Part shown: positions 57,457 to 64,000 of the stretch, piece by piece
Position numbering within the stretch: the first letter of the stretch is position 1
Layout of the letters: every line of letters starts with the position of its first letter
DNA from: an uncultured Bacilli bacterium
GTDB taxonomy: Bacteria > Bacillota_I > Bacilli_A > RF39 > UBA660
Reading direction: 5' to 3'
Length of the DNA: 64,000 nt
Assembly (NCBI GenBank): GCA_910579535.1
Contig: CAJTUR010000003.1
Span: forward strand, 111 to 64,110
Translations under genes and position numbers: made by a program
Notes under the pieces: generated by a model
What the model saw: the letters and a program-made list of their open reading frames with translations, nothing else
Told to the model about the DNA's origin: nothing
Databases searched by the model: none

Positions 57457-59006
57457 AAAAAGTGATGACAGGACTTTCTTTACAGGAAAAAATGTTAGAA
57501 AGTGTTGATTATTTAGTTGATATTGTAAAAACAACTTTGGGACCTCAAGGAAGAAATGTGTTGATTGACCATTCAATGTTTAGTCCTTTTGTGACTAATG
57601 ATGGGGCGACTATTGCCCAAAATATTGAGAGTGAAGATGCGGTTATTAATACCATTTTAGAAATAACAAAAGAAGCTTCTTTAAAAACGGATGAAATTGT
57701 AGGAGATGGAACGACGACGACTTTAGTGCTTTTGCAAAGTCTTTTTCATTCTTGTTTAAAACAAATTCAAGCCGGAAAGTCTCCGATGATTTTAAAAAAA
57801 GAGATGAATCATGATTTACAAGTTCTTATTGATAAATTAGCAAGAGATAAAAGTGTTCCTAATCAAAAGCATTTGCTTTCTATTGCTCGTATTGCTGCAA
57901 AAGATGAAGAAATCGGAACAATGGTGGCTTCAGTTTTTGAAAGAGTAAAGCATCAAAATGCGATTACTATAAAAGAAGTTTCTAATACTACTTTAAAAGT
58001 TCTTTATCTAACGGGTTACCAATGCGCTATCGAACTTGCAAGTGATTATTTTTTAAGAGAACAAAAAAGTCTTTCTCTTTCTCAGGCTCACGTTTTAATT
58101 GTTCAAGATTTAGTAAGTGATTTAGAACCTCTTCATTTTATTTTAAATGATTGTATGGCCAATCAAAAAAGTTTGGTTCTTTTAGCTCATGATTTTGATG
58201 AGCAAGTTGTAAAAGAAATGGTTTCTTTAAATTTAGAAAAGGCTTTAACCTGTGTTCTATTTAAAGTGGCGGATTATGGTCTACATCAAAGAAAAATTGA
58301 AAAAGACCTTGAAGTATTAACGAATGCTAAGATTGTTTTAGATTATCCCTCTCTTTCTTTAGAAAATTTGGGAAGGATTGAAGAGATTACTTTTACTCAA
58401 AATGAGGCAATTTTAAAATTTGAGAAAACACCAAAGATAAATCATTATTTTTCTTTATTAAAAGAAGAAAGTAAGAATTTAAAGAGTGATTTTGAAATTG
58501 ACTTTTATCAAAAAAGAATGGCGATGATTCAAAATGGTTTAGCGGAGATATGGGTTGGTGCTCCAACAAAAACAGAAGGTCATGAAAAGAAAATGCGCAT
58601 TATGGACGCACTTGGAGCTATTAATAGTGCCAATGAAGGAGTATTACTCGGTGGTGGTGTTGCCCTTATAAAAGTCGCTCATGAATTAGAAGGACTGAGT
58701 CCTGTTTCTATTACTTTTAAAGAGGCACTCGAAGCTCCTTTTAAACAAATATTACTGAATGCGGGACTTGATGTGTCATCTATTCAAAAAGAAATTGAAA
58801 ATTCTAATTTTGAAAAAGTATACAATGTTAATTTAGAAAAAATGGAAGAGAAAGAGTCAACTACGGTTTTAGATCCATTTTCAGTTCTTGTAAATTCTTT
58901 AATACACGCCACTTCTATTGCTACTATGCTTTTTACTACTAGTAGTTTAGTCATTAATGAACACGATAATCATTTAAATAAAACGAACGAATATACAGAA
59001 ATTTAA
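57453..59006 (+). CDS. Divergent GroEL/Cpn60-family chaperonin paralog (no GroES gene, no Gly-Met tail)
   Basis: Matches to GroEL include TLGPQGRNVLID, TNDGATIAQNIE, VGDGTTTTLVL, VGAPTKTEGHEKKMRIMDALGAINSANEGVLLGGGVAL and VLDPFSVLVNSLIHATSIATMLFTT. The start codon overlaps the upstream stop (ATGA). Confidence 0.8.
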   Translation: MKKVMTGLSLQEKMLESVDYLVDIVKTTLGPQGRNVLIDHSMFSPFVTNDGATIAQNIESEDAVINTILEITKEASLKTDEIVGDGTTTTLVLLQSLFHSCLKQIQAGKSPMILKKEMNHDLQVLIDKLARDKSVPNQKHLLSIARIAAKDEEIGTMVASVFERVKHQNAITIKEVSNTTLKVLYLTGYQCAIELASDYFLREQKSLSLSQAHVLIVQDLVSDLEPLHFILNDCMANQKSLVLLAHDFDEQVVKEMVSLNLEKALTCVLFKVADYGLHQRKIEKDLEVLTNAKIVLDYPSLSLENLGRIEEITFTQNEAILKFEKTPKINHYFSLLKEESKNLKSDFEIDFYQKRMAMIQNGLAEIWVGAPTKTEGHEKKMRIMDALGAINSANEGVLLGGGVALIKVAHELEGLSPVSITFKEALEAPFKQILLNAGLDVSSIQKEIENSNFEKVYNVNLEKMEEKESTTVLDPFSVLVNSLIHATSIATMLFTTSSLVINEHDNHLNKTNEYTEI

Positions 59007-59035
59007 AAAAGATAAAGTGGTCTTTATCTTTTTAT
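59007..59035 (+). terminator. Rho-independent terminator of the radical SAM/DUF4130/GroEL-like operon
   Basis: AAGATAAAG-TGGT-CTTTATCTT followed by TTTAT. Confidence 0.65.
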
Positions 59036-59213
59036 ATCTTCTGTATTTTTTTTAGAATAAATTATTTCAAAGTTGGCAGAATAACCTTCTTTTACAGAAA
59101 TCTCTTCAACAGAAAATGGGGCGTGCATCAAATAAAAACAAAGTGTTTTATAATTTGTATTTACTTTCTTAAAAATTTTCTCGAGTATATGATTTATTTC
59201 TTTTTTACATTTT

Positions 59214-59987
59214 TTAATCGTAATCGTATTTGTAATAGGTATTTCTTTCTTTATGAAAAGTAAAACTTCTTTGTAATTTTCTAATATTTAAATGATTGGT
59301 ATTGAGGAGGTTTTTATAAGCTTCAAAAAATTCATAAATTTTTTTGTAATCTCTGTAAATCGTAGCATTATATAAATTGAAAAGTTCTATATTATCGATA
59401 ATTAATAATTGATCATCTTTAACTTTAAAAATTGTTTCTAAAATTGTTTTTAGTATTTTTGTGCTGTTCCACGCTCTTAAATCTTTTTTAGAACTTTCAA
59501 AAAGACCAAAGTCTAAATCAATGACATAATAATAACCATTAAACAAAATATTACGATTATGAACATCTCCTAAAAGAAAATTTTTGCTACTGATTAAATA
59601 AGTGTCTTCTATTAGTTTTTCGATATGAGTCACTAAAGATTCTACTTTGGTATCCAAACTTATTTTCTCTACTGTATGAGCTCGCTTATAATCCATTAGA
59701 TAACCTAGGACTCCCTTTTGATAAAGAATTATACCTTTTGGAGCTATGAAGGTATCATTATTTAATGTACTTAAATTCAGAATATGTTCTTTCATATCAA
59801 ATTGATTAAATAATTCGTTTCTTTTATTTGTTTGGCGATAAATTTTTAATAATAAACCATTCGGAAGTTTAAAACAATAACTTGTTTTTCCATAACCTAT
59901 AAATTGACTTCTTTTTAATAATTGAAAAAGCTCCATTTTGCTATCTAAATTAATTGTTGTAAATTGATTATTTTGAGTTATTTTCAT
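59214..59987 (-). CDS. Protein-kinase-like fold protein (small, stand-alone)
   Basis: Candidate motifs are the Gly-rich loop IGYGKTSYCF, a Lys in LLLKIY, the catalytic loop GDVHNRNILF and the DFG-like IDLDFG. Confidence 0.5.
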   Translation of the reverse strand: MKITQNNQFTTINLDSKMELFQLLKRSQFIGYGKTSYCFKLPNGLLLKIYRQTNKRNELFNQFDMKEHILNLSTLNNDTFIAPKGIILYQKGVLGYLMDYKRAHTVEKISLDTKVESLVTHIEKLIEDTYLISSKNFLLGDVHNRNILFNGYYYVIDLDFGLFESSKKDLRAWNSTKILKTILETIFKVKDDQLLIIDNIELFNLYNATIYRDYKKIYEFFEAYKNLLNTNHLNIRKLQRSFTFHKERNTYYKYDYD

Positions 59988-60021
59988 TTGTTGCCTCTTT
60001 TCAAAGAATTATTATAGCATT

Positions 60022-61136
60022 TTAATATATAGTTTCACAAATTTTTTCTAATATTTGTTCTGTTCCTTTTTTTCTTTCGTCTCGACTTAATCTTGTATTA
60101 TGCATAACATTACACATTATGATTATGATTATTTTCTTGTCAAAATCCATCATATATAAAGGGCCTGTAAAACCAGTGAAAACAATCGTGTTTTTACTAC
60201 AAACGAAAGGGACATCGTTTAGTTCTTCTATATTATTAAAATAACGTGCTCCCATATAATTATAAGTTTTAACACAAGTGACTTTATCCTTTACTTGTTG
60301 ATAAGTAGTGTTTACTTGGCCTTTTATTAAAAAGGGAGATAAGACGTTTCATTGTATTCATTTCTCTTATCATGTTTTAACATCCATTTAATGGTTTCTT
60401 TTTTTAGCAATCTACCATCGAAAAAAGATTTTAAAAATAATAGTAAATCTTTTCCTGTTGTAAAGATTGATGCATGGCCTGTTATTATTCCTAATTCCTT
60501 GGCTTTTCTTGCTTTTTGATCGTGAACTAATCCTGGTTCATTTGTTTTTATTATTGTACCATCTTTCATTTCATAGTTATTGGAAGCAATGTTGTTTCCT
60601 CTAGGATTGACAGTGGTTTCTTTCATTTTAAGCTTTTCAACTATTTTTTCTTTTAATAATTTATCAAAAGTTTTATTATATATTTTTTCTAAAATTGTAG
60701 ATAAGATAATGTAATGCACATCTACATAAGTTGGTGTTTTGCTTTTCACTTGTGATGAGAATAATATTTCATAAAATTCTTGTTTATTCTTAGCGTTACC
60801 TAAGTAACCATTTGTCCAAATTTCTTGATTATGACTTAGTAAATCTAATAAAGTGACTTCTTTTAAATGAGAAAAACGACTGTCTATTTTAAAAACAGTA
60901 TCGTAAATATCGAGTTTATTTTCTTCGTATGCTAGATAAATTAAAGTCGCTGTAAATGTTTTAGTGAGTGATGCAATATCGTAAAGTGTATTGCTATTGC
61001 ATGGCAAAAGATTCGGTTTTGTTTCACGATTTCCAAAAGTTATTTCTTCTTCTTTTCCATGATTATAAATTTCTATTACATATCCAGATGAATGAAATTT
61101 AGTATAGTCTTCTAAAAAGGAAGTAAGGTTTTCCAT
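60022..61136 (-). pseudogene. Serine hydrolase (beta-lactamase/PBP4*-like family) split by a -1 frameshift
   Basis: The upstream ORF carries SxxK (ASLTKTF). The downstream ORF carries the C-terminal FTGFTG-type motif. The two frames overlap only across 60330-60348, which contains CCCTTTTT. Confidence 0.65.
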
Positions 61137-61387
61137 TTATTCTACCCTTTCTTTTTTTAAATATTTAAATTATAAAGCTTAACAATTTCTTAAATTCTTT
61201 ATAGCCGTATTTTTCATTAAAAATTCATTTGCAAATGAATTATTTCCTTATAATTACAAATCATTTTTGAATCAAGATTATTTATTTTTATGAATTCTTT
61301 TTTAAATGAAATGAATTGTATAACTATATATCGTCATTCTGTGTAATAAAATAGTTTTATTCCATTCTTTAGCCTATATTTTAATAT

Positions 61388-62161
61388 TTATTTTTTAATA
61401 AATAATTCTCTTTTTATTGCATTAATATCTTTATTTTTATAGTTTAAAGCCATGATTTCATCAATTTTTTGACAATCTAAGGTTAAACCATAAGCTTCAT
61501 TAAATTCTTTTATAAAGCATTTAATTCTAGGATAAGCATAAATAGGAAGTGTATTTTCTGAGTAAAGCATTTTTAAAGCGGTAAGTTCAAGGATTTTCTT
61601 TCTTATAAGATTTGTGAAATGTTTTTCATCTAAAAGTCTTTTTAGAGCACTATAATCCATTTCTATATTCGATTGTTCTAAAATAGCATAAAATTCTTCA
61701 GGCGTTATTTTTTTCTTTTTTAAAGGAATATATTTTTTTATAGAGTCCAAATCATAAACATTTAAAATTCCCTGTTCAATATGAATCAAAGTAAAAAAAG
61801 GATAAATATCAGTATCTCGATTGATTTCAATTTTAAAATAATCCTCATAATCATTTACTAACACGGTTCTTGCATCATGATGAATACGAAATTCTAATTG
61901 TTTTACATCCATTAATTTTGTAATTTCTAACATTTGTTTATATTCTTCAGTATATTCTGGTGTACCATCAAACATCTCATTAGGGTATTTAAATTCATAA
62001 AAGCGAACAATGTCTTCCATAAAACATTTTATTTTTCCTTTATTAAAGTCCCTATTGTAATTTCTAAATTTTTCAAAAAGAGCAATAAATTCTTGATTTT
62101 GATCTATATTATATTCTTTTGTATCTAATGCATAAAAATTTTCTATTTCTAATCCTGTCAT
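61388..62161 (-). CDS. Hypothetical protein
   Basis: 257-aa ORF with no motif recognised. Confidence 0.45.
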   Translation of the reverse strand: MTGLEIENFYALDTKEYNIDQNQEFIALFEKFRNYNRDFNKGKIKCFMEDIVRFYEFKYPNEMFDGTPEYTEEYKQMLEITKLMDVKQLEFRIHHDARTVLVNDYEDYFKIEINRDTDIYPFFTLIHIEQGILNVYDLDSIKKYIPLKKKKITPEEFYAILEQSNIEMDYSALKRLLDEKHFTNLIRKKILELTALKMLYSENTLPIYAYPRIKCFIKEFNEAYGLTLDCQKIDEIMALNYKNKDINAIKRELFIKK

Positions 62162-62493
62162 GGTATTCCTTTTTCCTTTCGTTTTACTTATTTTATATTT
62201 TTTTTAGGTTATTGTCTATAAAAAGTAAAGCTATTATTTTTCTTAATTTACGGAAAATCCAAATCCTATCGAAGGAAAAGAAAACAAATAAAATAATTAA
62301 ATTTTCTTAAACTTTGAGAAAATTTTGGTACGATAGTAAAAAACAAATTCAAGAAGAAACTTATTTTTTGTAAAGTATTAAAAGTGCTCTTTACTTTTTC
62401 ATAAAAAAATATTGCATTTTATAAGTATGTTTTTATAAGTTCTTAAATGCCTTTATAGCCTTTATTTATAAGCGTTTATAGTATTTGTGCTTT

Positions 62494-62522
62494 TTGATGG
62501 TATTCTTATAAAATGTTATAAT
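62494..62522 (+). promoter_or_regulatory. Near-consensus extended -10 sigma-A promoter with no downstream ORF
   Basis: TTGATG (62494-99), a 17-nt spacer ending in TGT, then TATAAT (62517-22). Confidence 0.45.
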
Positions 62523-62529
62523 TTCTTAT

Positions 62530-62737
62530 GTTTTTACTTTCAAAAGTAGTAAATTAGTAGTAAAAATTTAGAAATCTTCTAAAGTATTAATTTTAAATAT
62601 TAAAAAAATACTATGACATTGCACAGTATAAGAGTATCTATTGATAAAGGCGAGACTAGTGGCGTAGCCACTTAAGTCTTCGCCATAATAAGGTATAGTA
62701 TTACCCTTATTATGTAGCATGAAGCATAATAGTTTTT
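62530..62737 (+). ncRNA. Candidate small structured RNA of about 200 nt (alternatively, bidirectional terminator structures)
   Basis: Lies downstream of the promoter. The long GC-rich hairpin is GGCGAGACTAGTGGC-GTA-GCCACTTAAGTCTTCGCC (62649-84). The 10-bp hairpin is CATAATAAGG-N11-CCTTATTATG (62684-714). A competing hairpin TTATTATG-N10-CATAATAG is followed by TTTTT (62707-37). Confidence 0.3.
62543..62566 (+). repeat. Box AAAGTAGTAAATTAGTAGTAA (copy 1), with an internal 8-mer direct repeat at 11-bp period
   Basis: 20/21 identical to 63678-63698. The two copies flank the small radical SAM gene. Confidence 0.6.
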
Positions 62738-62810
62738 ACAAATATATTTTAATATCATTTAATACTATAAAATTTGATAAAAATAAATTTACAATAAATA
62801 TTTATATTTT

Positions 62811-63566
62811 TTAAAATTTTGTCAATTTCTTTGATAAGCCTTTTATATAAATTTCTTCAATGCACTGTTTTTGCACATTTCCTAATGCATATTTGTCCAT
62901 TAAGTCGTAGGATTGACATCCATCGTTTACTACATTACCATTTGCTGATATATATTGATATTCAATTAATAAATAAGTAGAACCCTCATATTCTTTTCTT
63001 TTATAGTTTTTTTTATAATTTATTAATTCACTTAAATCAGGTTGCTGTTTACTTAATCCATTTTCATATGCTCTACCATAAGGTAAAATATTTTCTTCCC
63101 TCATTATATGTTTATCAATGAGAGAAAAATAAGATAAATGTTTTAGGCTTTCTATTACTTCATTATTTGCCTCTTTATGAAATTGATCTTGAGACACCAT
63201 AAGAAGTCCAGGACAATATCTTGCTCTTTCACTTTTTTGAATAATATAATCTCGTAATTTATTTAATCCTTTTACTAGTTCTTCACTATAAGATAAACCA
63301 TTGATTCCAAGCATAAACATATCTACAGTAATTTCTTTTTCTATTATTTTATCTACAATATATTCTAGCATTTTACCGTTTAGGGTTGGTTCTCCTCCAG
63401 AAAATAGCAAAGTTCCTATATTATAGATGTCATTTTTCCCAAAAAAACTATCAACGATTTCTTTGCTTATATCTACATTTTGTGATTCGCCTCTACAACA
63501 ATGAGCACAATTTTGATTACATTTGCGAGTTAGTTCGAATTGTAACCGAGAATAATACAATTTCAC
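62811..63566 (-). CDS. Small radical SAM protein with a Cys-containing C-terminal (twitch/SPASM-like) region
   Basis: The CxxxCxxC motif is CNQNCAHC and the SAM-binding-like segment is LLFSGGEPTL. The C-terminus is SANGNVVNDGCQSY..GNVQKQC. Confidence 0.7.
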   Translation of the reverse strand: MKLYYSRLQFELTRKCNQNCAHCCRGESQNVDISKEIVDSFFGKNDIYNIGTLLFSGGEPTLNGKMLEYIVDKIIEKEITVDMFMLGINGLSYSEELVKGLNKLRDYIIQKSERARYCPGLLMVSQDQFHKEANNEVIESLKHLSYFSLIDKHIMREENILPYGRAYENGLSKQQPDLSELINYKKNYKRKEYEGSTYLLIEYQYISANGNVVNDGCQSYDLMDKYALGNVQKQCIEEIYIKGLSKKLTKF

Positions 63567-63677
63567 TTAAAATCCCCCTCGTATAATTAATTGTTTATAA
63601 TATACTATTTTTTAGAAAAAATCAACTAACTTTGATATCTCTAACAAAAAGATAACTTTATAATCAAAACTCATTAT

Positions 63678-63700
63678 AAAGTAGAAAATTAGTAGTAATT
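63678..63700 (+). repeat. Box AAAGTAGAAAATTAGTAGTAA (copy 2)
   Basis: 112-134 nt upstream of the radical SAM ATG when read on the minus strand. 20/21 identical to copy 1. Confidence 0.6.
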
Positions 63701-64000
63701 TTAACTTGAATTTTTGAATTCATGTCCAGAAAATAAGCTTTAATCTAAATAACTAATATTTTTTAATATTTCATCCATATTTTTCCTTCTTTCTTAAAAA
63801 TGTAGGCTTATTAGTATAAGTGAAGGCTTTGGAATCGTCCATTAAATTACAAAATAAAAAAATCTATCTATCTTATTATTCCTATAGATTCTAAATAAGT
63901 AAATGCCATTTTTTGAATTTTAATAGTATTGTTATTAAGAATAATAATCATTAAATAGAGGTTCAAAATGCTTTTTTAATTTTTCTATTTTTTCCAATGT

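Noticed and set aside
2324-63586. About 40 plus-strand ORFs of 60-142 aa in the track, nested antisense inside long minus-strand genes. Examples are 3016..3267, 8826..9059, 14211..14612, 18560..18862, 34928..35230, 46118..46546, 47186..47521, 52891..53199 and 53578..53853.
   Set aside because: Each lies wholly or mostly within a much longer minus-strand ORF that has clear family motifs. Their products are low-complexity Phe/Leu/Ile/Ser-rich strings typical of antisense frames in AT-rich DNA, and no RBS was evident.
63664-63723. 19-codon minus-strand ORF (MNSKIQVKITTNFLLYNEF) overlapping box copy 2, considered as a radical SAM precursor peptide.
   Set aside because: It has no RBS, and its sequence is just the translation of the repeat box. 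No Cys, Ser or Thr-rich core typical of radical SAM RiPP substrates is present.
1-64000. Looked for an integrase/recombinase, transposases, tRNA/rRNA genes, CRISPR arrays, reverse transcriptases and classic defence genes (restriction endonucleases, Abi, TIR, SIR2, CBASS-type).
   Set aside because: No ORF shows their signature motifs, and no spaced direct-repeat array was seen. The ICE recombinase is presumably outside the window.
63935-64000. Open minus-strand frame ending ..TLEKIEKLKKHFEPLFNDYYS then stop at the right edge of the window.
   Set aside because: Only 21 codons are visible, so it cannot be called or assigned.

Overview
AT-rich window (about 25-30% GC by eye, not computed), standard genetic code, Gram-positive (Firmicutes: Clostridia- or Erysipelotrichia-like). 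Coding is almost entirely on the minus strand. Positions 1 to ~42373 are the interior and right end of a large integrative conjugative element (ICE) with a Gram-positive type IV secretion system. Recognisable ICE genes: VirB4-like ATPase, VirD4-like coupling protein, PrgI/TcpE-like and VirB6-like membrane proteins, a membrane-anchored cell-wall hydrolase, PcfB/DUF3801, MobC plus a MobA/VirD2-type relaxase, HU, a Toprim/DUF3991 primase-like protein, a 2524-aa N6-methylase/SNF2 helicase, SSB, a sortase with a thioester/Cna-B LPxTG adhesin, and ParA/ParB. The ICE also carries a DinG-like helicase. Its left-hand cargo block (1-7786) holds three XRE regulators, a secreted metzincin, a leaderless peptidoglycan-binding DUF1906 lysin-like protein, lipoproteins and an acyltransferase. 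The right ICE junction lies inside uvrB, and only codons 1-90 of uvrB remain (42374-42643). No integrase or recombinase is in the window, so the left ICE end is presumably beyond position 1. To the right of the junction are: an HTH/SDR-like fusion regulator, two very large surface proteins, a NUDIX hydrolase, a kinase-like protein, a frameshifted serine hydrolase and a small radical SAM gene. The same region holds a compact plus-strand locus: a double-HTH XRE regulator, then a translationally coupled operon of a TIGR03916-type radical SAM protein, a TIGR03915/DUF4130-type protein and a divergent GroEL-like chaperonin. That operon is my best candidate for an undescribed system. Non-coding observations: a GC-rich triple-hairpin island next to the ICE primase gene, a GGACACGAAT motif family bracketing the uvrB remnant, a conserved 19-mer upstream of two cargo genes, and a promoter plus structured-RNA candidate near the small radical SAM gene. 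No rRNA, tRNA, CRISPR array or transposase was seen. All protein family calls come from motif recognition by eye, with no database search.
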